From Pseudodesulfovibrio mercurii (GTDB taxonomy: Bacteria; Desulfobacterota; Desulfovibrionia; Desulfovibrionales; Desulfovibrionaceae), in assembly GCF_000189295.2 (NCBI RefSeq), contig NC_016803.1, positions 1,470,001 to 1,502,000 on the forward strand: 32,000 nucleotides of DNA. Direction: 5' to 3'. A program made the translations under genes and the position numbers. The notes beneath the pieces are model-generated. The model saw only the letters and a list, made by a program, of their open reading frames with translations, did not search any database and had not been told where the DNA came from. Below are positions 1-7,544 of this stretch, piece after piece. Each line of letters starts with the position of its first letter. Within the stretch, counting starts at the first letter, position 1.

Positions 1-2641
1 GGAAGGCGATCTCCAGCCGCGAGTAGATCTCGAAGACCTGGCGCAGCTTCTCGGAGTAGTCCCAGCGGCGCATGGCGATGTTCCGCCTGCGGTCGGCGAA
101 CCCCTCAATGACTCCGGCCACGCAGTCCGAGGCGAGCTTGGAGATGACCGCCGCCCAGAGCTGCAGCACGGCCAGGGGATCGGTCGAGCCCGCCAGGATG
201 AGCATGCCCTCCACGCCCCAGTTGAAGAGCATGGCGATGGGGATGGACAGGACGCTGCGGAAGAAGTTGGCTGCGGCCGCCTCCCTGGGCAGCCCCCGGA
301 CCACGTTGTGGCTCGAGATGTACACCCCGTTGGTCAGGGCCATGATGGAGTAGAGCAGCAGCGGGTTGGTGGCCGTGGTCACGCCGAAGCCCTTGTCCAG
401 GACCACGGACTTGCACAGCCAGTCCAGCAGGGGCACGGAGAAGCCGGTGTAGAGCAGGGACTCGGAGATACGCTCCCAGTCCAGATAATCGTTCCAGGCC
501 AGGTAGGCCGAGCGCCGGAACCCGCCCCCGCCAAGCACGGACTGGATGACGTTGCGCAGGCCGGTGATGGAGAACCAGATGATCCCCCCGAAATAGGCCA
601 GGACCCACCAATCCTTGGTCAGGTAGAAGGTCAGGAAGGCGGGTATGAACCCGGCCAGGATCTTGAACACGTTCTTGAGCCCGGTGTTCAGGTGGCCGAG
701 GGAGGGACGGCGCTTGCAGGAATCCTCGGGCTCGAACAGGGACAGCCCGTTGCCCTGCCGCCGCTTGCCGCCCAGGGCGATGACGTTGCCGCCCGCCTCG
801 GTCACGGCATAGCCGTCCACGCGCCAGCGGCTGCACGTACGGCAGACCAGCCTTCGCAGGCCAGAGACCTGGGCGGCCATGTGGACCAGCCCGCTCCACC
901 AGCCCCGGCCCTGCCGGGGCATGACGTACTCGTTGGACCGGATGGCCGTGCCCTGCACCGGGATGCGGTCTGCGGGGCGCAGCCGGGCGGCCTCGCGCTG
1001 GGCGCGCAGGGGCAGGGTCTCAAGGACCGCGAAGCCCATGCCGTGGGTCCGGGTGGAACGCCCGGTGGAACCCGAGCCAATGCTCGTGCCCAGGGGCAGC
1101 CGCTTGTAGAATTCGAGGAGCCGGTCGAACCGCTCCAGGATGCCTTCGAGGACGCGCAGCCTGTCCTCGGACTCTTCCCCGCCCCGCTCGCGGACGGAGT
1201 CCATGCACCCCCGGATGAGGCGCTTGAGCTTGACCGCGTTCTGCTCGTTCAGGGCCTGCTGCAACTGGCTGAAGGGCATGCGCAGTAGGGTCTGTCCCGG
1301 CTCCAGATGCTTGGTGTTGAAGACCTCCAGGTGGGTGATCCGCCCCTGGCACTGGAACAGAATCTCCAGGGCGTCCTCCAGTTCGAGGTCGGCCAGGATC
1401 AGGGTCAGGTGGCTGGAGTGGGCGGCCTTGCGCAGCCTTGAAGACAGCTCGGCCGGGGTCAGGGAGAGCAGGTCGGGCATGCCCCCGGCCCGCGGCGCGT
1501 CCGGGTTCGGAATGTCCGTGTTCTCCTCCGGGGAGAGGTAGCGGGCCACCAGGGTGTCCACGTCCAGGGCGTCCAGGGACTCCACCTGCATGGCGATGGC
1601 CGCCTTGGCGTCGTAGTCGGCCTCGTCGAAGCCCCGGCGCAGGGCGGTCACCCGCTCCTCGAAGAGCGGCATGGCCAGGCAGTGGATGTAGTTGCCCAGG
1701 TGCAGCACGGACGGCTGCTCCACGCCTGCGGAGGCAGCCATTTCATCATAAGATACCGGCGGGAGCAGGACCCCGAATTCCTTGTGAATGGACTGACGGT
1801 GGCGGGTGTTGAAGGCCTCGATCACGGCCCGGACGTATGCGGACCGTGCGGCGTGCACCTCCCGGCCCCGTTCCATGAGCTCGCGCACGGCGTCCACCCG
1901 AAACAGCCCCTCTATGTCGCAGTCGTCGCGCAATCCGCCCGGACACCAGACGATCTTGACGAACCGACCCCGGTGCATTGCCCGGTATTCGATGCCGATG
2001 CGCACCTTGATGCCCAGGATGGCCGCCGAAGCGAGCAGTTCCCTGGCAACGGGCAGGTCCACGCAGTCGTAGTAGACCACGGTCAGGTAGCGGATGCCCT
2101 GGATCCAGGCGTCCATGACCAGGTGGGTGGCGGACTTGCGGCCCTTGCTGTTGGCGTCGTGGACCCGGTCGTCGAAGGCGATCTGGTTCCACTCCTCGGG
2201 CATCTCCAGGAGGTGATAGCGGCGCATCTGCTCGCGCAGGAAGCCGATCTTGCCGGCCGCGGCCCAGCGAAAGTCGTGGGCCAGGGCCAGCTGACGGCAG
2301 CGGTCCCCCTTGGCCCGGACCAGCTCCTTGCCGATCTGGAGCAGGACCCGCGCCCGGTTGTTGCGCATGGCCCCCTTGGCCGCGGTCAGGGTTTCGTCCC
2401 GCAGGGCGATGAGCGCCTTGGTCCGGTCCGAGGCCTGATCCGACTTCAGGGACTCGAGCAAATGCATGATGGCATAGGCGATGCGCAATCCCCGGTCCGC
2501 TGCCAGTTCCTTGATGCCATGCGGCTTCAGGTACGGCTCGAGCAGGGTCTTGAACTGCGCCTTGTCCACGCCACGGTTCAAGACATCTTCAACTATTTCC
2601 AGCAGTTTGTAATCATTCTTATCGTAATACAAAGAAGGCAT
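1..2641 (-). CDS. Large hypothetical protein (>880 aa): soluble N-terminal part plus C-terminal multi-pass membrane region. The C-terminus lies beyond the window edge.
   Basis: Not in the supplied ORF track because it runs off the window. The reverse-strand frame with codon starts at 2641, 2638 ... 4 appeared stop-free in my by-eye translation. The track lists no minus-strand ORF in this frame, as expected if the frame stays open to the window edge. ATG at 2641-2639 is preceded by an in-frame TAG (2650-2648) and a purine-rich GGGGGATAGGGA. Translation starts MPSLYYDKNDYKLLEIVEDVLNRGVDKAQFKTLLEPYLKPHG and ends ...RRWDYSEKLRQVFEIYSRLEIAF at position 2. Hydrophobic segments occur near the C-terminus (FKILAGFIPAFLTFYL, WWVLAYFGGIIWFSITG, LLLYSIMALTNGVYI, SIPIAMLFNWGVEGMLILAG). 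The + strand ORFs 308..1288 and 1682..2701 have shadow-type composition. I recognise no family. Confidence 0.8.
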   Translation of the reverse strand, partial: MPSLYYDKNDYKLLEIVEDVLNRGVDKAQFKTLLEPYLKPHGIKELAADRGLRIAYAIMHLLESLKSDQASDRTKALIALRDETLTAAKGAMRNNRARVLLQIGKELVRAKGDRCRQLALAHDFRWAAAGKIGFLREQMRRYHLLEMPEEWNQIAFDDRVHDANSKGRKSATHLVMDAWIQGIRYLTVVYYDCVDLPVARELLASAAILGIKVRIGIEYRAMHRGRFVKIVWCPGGLRDDCDIEGLFRVDAVRELMERGREVHAARSAYVRAVIEAFNTRHRQSIHKEFGVLLPPVSYDEMAASAGVEQPSVLHLGNYIHCLAMPLFEERVTALRRGFDEADYDAKAAIAMQVESLDALDVDTLVARYLSPEENTDIPNPDAPRAGGMPDLLSLTPAELSSRLRKAAHSSHLTLILADLELEDALEILFQCQGRITHLEVFNTKHLEPGQTLLRMPFSQLQQALNEQNAVKLKRLIRGCMDSVRERGGEESEDRLRVLEGILERFDRLLEFYKRLPLGTSIGSGSTGRSTRTHGMGFAVLETLPLRAQREAARLRPADRIPVQGTAIRSNEYVMPRQGRGWWSGLVHMAAQVSGLRRLVCRTCSRWRVDGYAVTEAGGNVIALGGKRRQGNGLSLFEPEDSCKRRPSLGHLNTGLKNVFKILAGFIPAFLTFYLTKDWWVLAYFGGIIWFSITGLRNVIQSVLGGGGFRRSAYLAWNDYLDWERISESLLYTGFSVPLLDWLCKSVVLDKGFGVTTATNPLLLYSIMALTNGVYISSHNVVRGLPREAAAANFFRSVLSIPIAMLFNWGVEGMLILAGSTDPLAVLQLWAAVISKLASDCVAGVIEGFADRRRNIAMRRWDYSEKLRQVFEIYSRLEIAF

Positions 2642-2837
2642 GAGTCCCTATCCCCCTGTTCGCAACGACTCACATTGTCACATAATCGTAACATATCCTA
2701 GCAGTATCCATGCCTGCCGTCATGCGCCAAGTGCCCTCCGAAATCCAATTTTTCCTGCCATCCCTTGGGGCTGTAGGGTTTTGCCCTCTCCCCGCAAGGC
2801 TTTCTGTCATGCCGCGCCCGGCCTCGCCATCCCCCGT

Positions 2838-2886
2838 TTTGCGCGCAAAGCGATCTTGCAAAGCGGTCGCGCAAGCATTTTTGCAA
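2838..2886. promoter_or_regulatory. Cluster of TTGC..GCAA palindromes; candidate enhancer (UAS) sites upstream of a sigma54 promoter
   Basis: Perfect 12-bp palindrome TTTGCGCGCAAA at 2838-2849. TTGCAA at 2856-2861 and again at 2881-2886. GCGCAAGC at 2869-2876. The cluster lies 33-81 bp upstream of the -24 element at 2919. Confidence 0.35.
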
Positions 2887-2918
2887 GAATATATACTTAA
2901 TATTCAAGTGATTATGCT

Positions 2919-2934
2919 TGGCATGCGAGTTGCT
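2919..2934 (+). promoter_or_regulatory. Sigma54 (RpoN) -24/-12 promoter
   Basis: TGGCATGCGAGTTGCT against the consensus TGGCACG-N4-TTGCW. GG and GC are at the canonical 12-nt offset. It sits about 53 nt upstream of ATG 2987, directly preceded by an AT-rich stretch (2886-2917). Confidence 0.75.
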
Positions 2935-2986
2935 AAGTTCGGGCAGCTATTGCGGAATAACAACCGATCAACCCAACGGTGACATC

Positions 2987-3421
2987 ATGGAAAAGATGAA
3001 AATCCTGCTCGTGGACGATGAAGAGCGCCTGCTCAGCACCACGAAAAAGCTCTTCGAAAAGCTCGGCATCGAGGCGCGCACGGCCACCTCGGGGGCCGAC
3101 GCCCTGGAGGTGCTGAAGACCTATGAAGCGCATGTCATCTTCCTCGACATCAAGATGCCCGGGATGGACGGCATGGAGACGCTCCAGCACATCAAGAAGG
3201 AATACCCCCTCAGCGAGGTCATCATCCTCACGGGCCACGCCACCATGGAGACAGCGGTGGAAGGCCTCAAGCTCGGCGCTCTCGACTACCTGATCAAGCC
3301 CGTCAGCATGAAGGACTTTCTGAGCAAGGCCGAGGAGGCCTTCGAAAAGGTCACGCTCCAAAAACAAAAGATACATTCTGCCCGTATGGCCGAGTCAGCC
3401 GGGCAGGGTGAACTGCGCTAG
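2987..3421 (+). CDS. Stand-alone response-regulator receiver protein (REC1, 144 aa)
   Basis: Lies inside ORF 2918..3421. The 5' part of that ORF overlaps the sigma54 promoter, so the start is placed at ATG 2987 (MEKMKILLVDDEE). Receiver hallmarks: LLVDDE, FLDIKMPGMDG, ILTGHA, YLIKP. Only a short tail follows, with no output domain. Confidence 0.9.
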   Translation: MEKMKILLVDDEERLLSTTKKLFEKLGIEARTATSGADALEVLKTYEAHVIFLDIKMPGMDGMETLQHIKKEYPLSEVIILTGHATMETAVEGLKLGALDYLIKPVSMKDFLSKAEEAFEKVTLQKQKIHSARMAESAGQGELR

Positions 3422-3441
3422 CTAACTTCAAGGAGGTTGTA

Positions 3442-4341
3442 ATGGTTAAAATCAAGGTCCTCATGGTAGACGATGAGGAGCGCTTCCGCACCACCACTGC
3501 GAAGATACTGGCCCGCAAAGGATTCGACACGATCCTGGCGGCCAGTGGGGAAGAGGCGTTGGAAAAACTGGCCGAACGGCCGGACGTCGTCGTTCTGGAC
3601 GTCAAGATGGGTGGGCTCGACGGTCACGAGACGCTCAAATTGATGAAGGAAAAGATGCCGGAGCTGCCGGTGATCATGCTCACCGGGCACGGCGACATGC
3701 CCGGGGCCAAGAAGGCGCTGGACACCGGAGCCTTCGACTACCTGGCAAAGCCCTGCGACGTGGATCTCCTGAGCACCAAGCTCCAGGACGCCTTCGAGTA
3801 CGCCACCAAGGCACCGTACGTCGAAAAACTGGCCAGAGGGATCATGATCCCCCTGGCGGAATACACCCAGATCCCCCTGAACAGCACCGTGCGTGACGCC
3901 ATCAAGGCCCTGGAGGACTCCATGCGCCACCTGATGGCCACGGACCGGCTCATGGACACGGGTCACCGCTCGGTGGTCGTCACCAACACCGACGGCAGCG
4001 TGGCCGGCCTGCTCAGCCCGCTCGACCTGATCGACGCCATCCGGCCCGGCTATCTGTCCGCGCCCAAACCGTCCATGGCGGACAGCCTGCAATACTCGGC
4101 CATGTTCTGGCAGGGGCTGTTCTCCTCGCGCGTCAAGGAAGTCATGAACAATCCCGTTCGCGACATCATGTCCGACACCCTGCCGGTCATCGACGCCGAC
4201 GCCAACCTCATGGACGTGGCCAACAACATGATCACGCTCCCGGCCCGACGCATGCTCGTCAGGGCGGGCAACGAGGACATCGGCATCGTCCGCGAACAGG
4301 AACTCTTCTACGAAATCGCCAAGATCATTTCGTCCAGCTAA
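3442..4341 (+). CDS. Response-regulator receiver fused to a CBS-pair domain (REC2-CBS, 299 aa)
   Basis: RBS AAGGAGG at 3430-3436. N-terminal receiver motifs: VLMVDDEE, VVVLDVKMGGLDG, MLTGHG, YLAKP. The C-terminal ~160 aa show two CBS-like repeats (IMIPLAEYTQIPLNSTVRDAIKAL..VVVTNTDGSVAGLLSPLDLI, then VRDIMSDTLPVIDADANLMDVANNM..LVRAGNEDIGIVREQELF). Confidence 0.85.
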   Translation: MVKIKVLMVDDEERFRTTTAKILARKGFDTILAASGEEALEKLAERPDVVVLDVKMGGLDGHETLKLMKEKMPELPVIMLTGHGDMPGAKKALDTGAFDYLAKPCDVDLLSTKLQDAFEYATKAPYVEKLARGIMIPLAEYTQIPLNSTVRDAIKALEDSMRHLMATDRLMDTGHRSVVVTNTDGSVAGLLSPLDLIDAIRPGYLSAPKPSMADSLQYSAMFWQGLFSSRVKEVMNNPVRDIMSDTLPVIDADANLMDVANNMITLPARRMLVRAGNEDIGIVREQELFYEIAKIISSS

Positions 4342-4368
4342 CCCGAAGTCCGAGAGCGAGGTTACAAC

Positions 4369-6219
4369 ATGGCTCAAGCAAAGAAGAAAGCAACCGGTTA
4401 CGACAAGTACGTCAACTGGAAGCTGCTCATAATTCCGGTGGTACTTTTCGCTGTGATCCTTGCCCTTCCCGTGCCGCAAGGCATGAAGGACGTAGGCATG
4501 CAATATTCGGTCGGACCCAAGGTGGTGTCCAACTATCTCTGTGAACAACTCTTCCAGAAAAAGAGCTCCGACTGCGAACAGTGGCAGATCCTGACCGCCC
4601 GCATGATGGAGCAGAACATGCGCATGGGCGCGCTGTCCAAGGCGCGGCTGATGAAGCGCAACGAGAAGTGGGCCAAGACCTACAAGATTCCCGTGGATTC
4701 GGCCAACTTCAAGCGGGCCATCGAGTACGTCAAGGACAACGTGCCCGACGATGCCTACCTGACCCTGATGAAGAGCGCCTTCGACCTGCGCATGAAGGGG
4801 CTCAAGTACGACAACCTGTCGGAAAAGGACCAGAAGAGCGCAACCAAGGGCGCATGGGACATCAAGGTCTCCATCGCCATGGTCGTGTTCGTGGTCTTCT
4901 GCTTCATGACCGAGTGCATGCCCCTGCCGGGCGTGGCATTCTGCATCGGCCTCATCCTGGTCTTCACCGGCGTCGTCTCGCGAAGCGCGGTGGCCGGGCT
5001 GTACTGGGATGACGCCTGCTGGTTCATCATGGGTTCGCTCATGTTCGCCGCCGCCTTCGTAAAGACCGGCGTGGACAAGCGCATGTGCCTCATGATGTTC
5101 AAGAAGCTCGCCGTACCCAACGTCCGTTGGATCACGTTGATCTTCTTCATCGTCATCACCCCGCTGGCGGCGTTCATCTCCGACCACGCGCTGGCGGCCA
5201 TGTTCCTGCCCATCGGCATGCTGCTCTACCAGAACAGCCTGACCGACGAGATTCCCGAGGACAAGGAGCTGGCCAAGATGCTGATGATCGCCATCGCCAT
5301 GGCCTGCAACATCGGCGGCCCCGGCGCTCCGTCCGGCGGCGCCCGCAACGTCATCATGATGACCTACCTGACCGACATGTTCGGCATGGACATCGGCTAC
5401 GCCCAGTGGATGATGTACTGTATGCCGTTCATCATCGTCATGATCCCGATCACCTGGTTCGTCACCAACATGCTCTTCAAGCCCCGCATCCGCTCCCTGG
5501 CCCCGGCCATGCGCCACCTCGAGGGCGAAATCAGCAAGATGGGCAAGTGGAACAAGAGCCAGATCTGGGCGATGATCATCTTCGTCGTCATGGTCTTCGG
5601 CTGGTTCACTGAGAAGGAGTTCTACAACATGGGCATCTACCCCGTGCGGCTCGGCATCGGCGTCATCGCGGTCGCGGGCGCTGTGGCCTACCTGCTCGCG
5701 GGCGTGGTCAACTGGCGTGACTACCAGGAAAAGGTCGACTGGGGCGTTGTCTGGCTGTACGCGGGCGCGATCATCTTCGGCCGTACCCTGGACAAGTCCG
5801 GCGCAGCCTTCTGGCTGGCCCAGTCGGTCATCGACCTGCTGGCCCCGCTGGGCATGAGCCACGGCATCCCGCTGATGCTCACCTCCAACGGGTTGACCGC
5901 CGTGCTGACCAACCTGATGGCCGACGGCCCGGCAGCCGCCGCGGTCGGTCCCATCACCCTGAACATGGCCAGCATCGTGCACCCCGGCACCACCTTCCTG
6001 CCCTTCATGGCCATGGCCACCGCAGTGGCGTCTTCCTTCGCCTACTGCCTGATCATCGGCACCCCGCCCAACGCCATCGTCTACGCCTCCGGTTACCTGG
6101 AGCCCAAGGACTACCTGCGTGTGGGCATCCCCATGTGGTTCGTCGCCAACATCGTCATCGTCCTGCTGACGGCGGTCTACTGGAGCGGCATCGGGTTCGG
6201 CAACCTGCCTGCATTCTGA
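4369..6219 (+). CDS. SLC13/DASS-family (Na+/sulfate-dicarboxylate type) anion permease with a ~130-aa hydrophilic insertion after TM1
   Basis: 616 aa with many hydrophobic segments. SSFAYCLIIGTPPNAIVYASG closely resembles the SLC13 signature SSFAFMLPVATPPNAIV. A second hairpin-like motif is NIGGPGAPSGGARNVIMM. Residues ~36-165 (nt 4474-4863) are hydrophilic and rich in K/E/M. Confidence 0.85.
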   Translation: MAQAKKKATGYDKYVNWKLLIIPVVLFAVILALPVPQGMKDVGMQYSVGPKVVSNYLCEQLFQKKSSDCEQWQILTARMMEQNMRMGALSKARLMKRNEKWAKTYKIPVDSANFKRAIEYVKDNVPDDAYLTLMKSAFDLRMKGLKYDNLSEKDQKSATKGAWDIKVSIAMVVFVVFCFMTECMPLPGVAFCIGLILVFTGVVSRSAVAGLYWDDACWFIMGSLMFAAAFVKTGVDKRMCLMMFKKLAVPNVRWITLIFFIVITPLAAFISDHALAAMFLPIGMLLYQNSLTDEIPEDKELAKMLMIAIAMACNIGGPGAPSGGARNVIMMTYLTDMFGMDIGYAQWMMYCMPFIIVMIPITWFVTNMLFKPRIRSLAPAMRHLEGEISKMGKWNKSQIWAMIIFVVMVFGWFTEKEFYNMGIYPVRLGIGVIAVAGAVAYLLAGVVNWRDYQEKVDWGVVWLYAGAIIFGRTLDKSGAAFWLAQSVIDLLAPLGMSHGIPLMLTSNGLTAVLTNLMADGPAAAAVGPITLNMASIVHPGTTFLPFMAMATAVASSFAYCLIIGTPPNAIVYASGYLEPKDYLRVGIPMWFVANIVIVLLTAVYWSGIGFGNLPAF

Positions 6220-6244
6220 CGACCCTGAACCATAACCATCCAAC

Positions 6245-6273
6245 CCGGCGGCCCGCCTCGGGCGGGCCGCCGG
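6245..6273 (+). terminator. GC-rich hairpin, candidate terminator or attenuator after the permease gene
   Basis: CCGGCGGCCCGCC (6245-6257), loop TCG, GGCGGGCCGCCGG (6261-6273): a perfect 13-bp stem. No U-tract follows (TCCACAAAAGG). Confidence 0.5.
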
Positions 6274-6292
6274 TCCACAAAAGGAAGTGAAC

Positions 6293-6448
6293 ATGAACAT
6301 GGAAGAGACCACCGACCGCAAACAGGCATTCGTCCACAAGAACGGCGTGACCTACTTCAGCAAGCGGACCGAACGACGCGTCCTGTTCCTGATGACCATG
6401 GCCATGCTGGTCTGGGGCATCGTGGAATACGCCGGGATTCTGTTCTAG
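6293..6448 (+). CDS. Small membrane protein (51 aa), below the ORF-track length cutoff
   Basis: RBS AAGGAAG at 6281-6287, ATG at 6293, TAG at 6446-6448. Translation: MNMEETTDRKQAFVHKNGVTYFSKRTERRVLFLMTMAMLVWGIVEYAGILF. It has one hydrophobic helix, and third-codon positions are GC-rich like neighbouring genes. Confidence 0.55.
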   Translation: MNMEETTDRKQAFVHKNGVTYFSKRTERRVLFLMTMAMLVWGIVEYAGILF

Positions 6449-6481
6449 ACACACCGACCTGCAACACATGGGGGGCAAACC

Positions 6482-7030
6482 ATGGAAGCAACAAGCGAAA
6501 ATACCGCACGGATGGGGATCCGGGAATATTTTGAAACCCTGATGGACGTCATGCGCTCGCCCGCGCGCTACTTCGAGCGGGTCGCGGCCGAGCCGGGCTC
6601 CCGGCGGGCGCTCATCTTCCTGATGATCTCGGGCCTGTTCTACTGCTCGGTGAGCATGGCCTACTTCTTCGAGAACTCCCTGGCCATGGGCATCGTCATG
6701 ATGCTCAACGCCATCCTCATGCCCGCCTTCGGCGCGGTCATCACCTTCATCCTGATCGGGATGACCGGTCAGGAACGCGTGCCCTTCGGACGCATCTTCA
6801 ACATCTACGCATACGCCAGCGGCGCGGTCATGGTCATCTCCTGGATACCGGGCCTGGCCATCGTCATGGAGCCGGTGCGGGCCGTGCTCATCGGCGTGGG
6901 CCTGCACAAGGCGGCCGGGGTGGGCAAGGTCCGGGCGGCCCTGCTCATCATCCTGACCGCCGTGGTCCTGCTCCTCTTCTTCTGGAGCGCCGCGCCCATG
7001 ATCGTCGAACTGAAGCAATTGTTCCACTAG
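6482..7030 (+). CDS. Multi-pass membrane protein, Yip1-domain-like (tentative)
   Basis: 182 aa. A hydrophilic N-terminus (REYFETLMDVMRSPARYFERVAAEPG) is followed by about 5 hydrophobic segments. The layout resembles bacterial Yip1-family proteins, but the family call is by pattern only. Confidence 0.6.
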   Translation: MEATSENTARMGIREYFETLMDVMRSPARYFERVAAEPGSRRALIFLMISGLFYCSVSMAYFFENSLAMGIVMMLNAILMPAFGAVITFILIGMTGQERVPFGRIFNIYAYASGAVMVISWIPGLAIVMEPVRAVLIGVGLHKAAGVGKVRAALLIILTAVVLLLFFWSAAPMIVELKQLFH

Positions 7031-7039
7031 GAGTCACCC

Positions 7040-7057
7040 CGCGCTGCGGGCAGCGCG
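7040..7057 (+). terminator. Short GC hairpin after the membrane-protein gene (weak terminator candidate)
   Basis: CGCGCTGC-GG-GCAGCGCG, with perfect 8-nt arms, 10 nt after the stop at 7030. No U-tract. Confidence 0.3.
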
Positions 7058-7145
7058 CGAGATGCATTCCTTACCCTCCCCATCCGGCCGGGGGCATGCC
7101 CCCGCCCCCGGCTCCGGACGGGAGGACGCACACGGGAGGACCGCC

Positions 7146-7529
7146 ATGCAAAAGATTCGTCTGCTCCTGGTCGATGACGAAACCGATTTCCTGAACGCCT
7201 ACGCCCGCCGCTTCGCGCGCCGGAACGTGGAGACCACCCTGGCCGCCAGCGGCCAGGAGGCCATCGACCTCGTCCGCGACGACGAGTTCGACGTGGTCGT
7301 CATGGACGTGATGATGCCGGGCATGAGCGGGCTCGAGACCCTGCGGCGGCTCAAAGCCATCAAGCCGGACCTGCCGGTCATCATCCTGACCGGCCACGCC
7401 GATTCCCGGGTGCTCATCGAGGGTATGGACATGGGGGCCTTCGACTTCCTGCTCAAGCCCGTGGGCACCGACGAGCTCTATTTCAAGGTGCTGGACGCCG
7501 TCCGCACCCGCCGTCGCGGCCAACCGTAG
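7146..7529 (+). CDS. Stand-alone response-regulator receiver protein (REC3, 127 aa)
   Basis: Lies inside ORF 7062..7529. RBS GGGAGGA at 7134-7140, then ATG at 7146 (MQKIRLLLVDDETD). Motifs: VVVMDVMMPGMSG, ILTGHA, FLLKP. Confidence 0.9.
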   Translation: MQKIRLLLVDDETDFLNAYARRFARRNVETTLAASGQEAIDLVRDDEFDVVVMDVMMPGMSGLETLRRLKAIKPDLPVIILTGHADSRVLIEGMDMGAFDFLLKPVGTDELYFKVLDAVRTRRRGQP

Positions 7530-7544
7530 ACCCGGAGGTTCGCC

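Noticed and set aside
2100-2200. Possible phospholipase-D-like HKD motif in the large left-edge protein (VHDANSKGRKSATHLVMD)
   Set aside because: The spacing does not fit HxK(x)4D(x)6G, and there is no second copy. It is treated as coincidental.
2918-2986. 5' extensions of track ORFs: 2918 (REC1), 7062 (REC3), 13194 (HK3), 18307 (the binding protein), 26075 (dctQ) and 26025 (EBP)
   Set aside because: The extensions overlap sigma54 promoter elements or upstream genes, lack RBSs, and add non-homologous residues ahead of canonical N-termini. Internal ATGs with good RBSs were chosen instead.
3418-6339. 973-aa ORF on the minus strand, the longest minus-strand ORF in this part of the track
   Set aside because: It is antisense to three well-supported plus-strand genes (REC-CBS, the SLC13 permease and the small ORF). 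Its translation is dominated by G/D/H/V/A/R runs with no recognisable motifs, which is typical of a high-GC shadow ORF.
7090-7103. 14-bp perfect palindrome GGGGGCATGCCCCC upstream of REC3, considered as a sigma54 promoter or operator
   Set aside because: The GG-to-GC spacing is one nt off the sigma54 -24/-12 register and there is no TTGC-like -12 box. It could still be a protein-binding site, but nothing supports a specific call.
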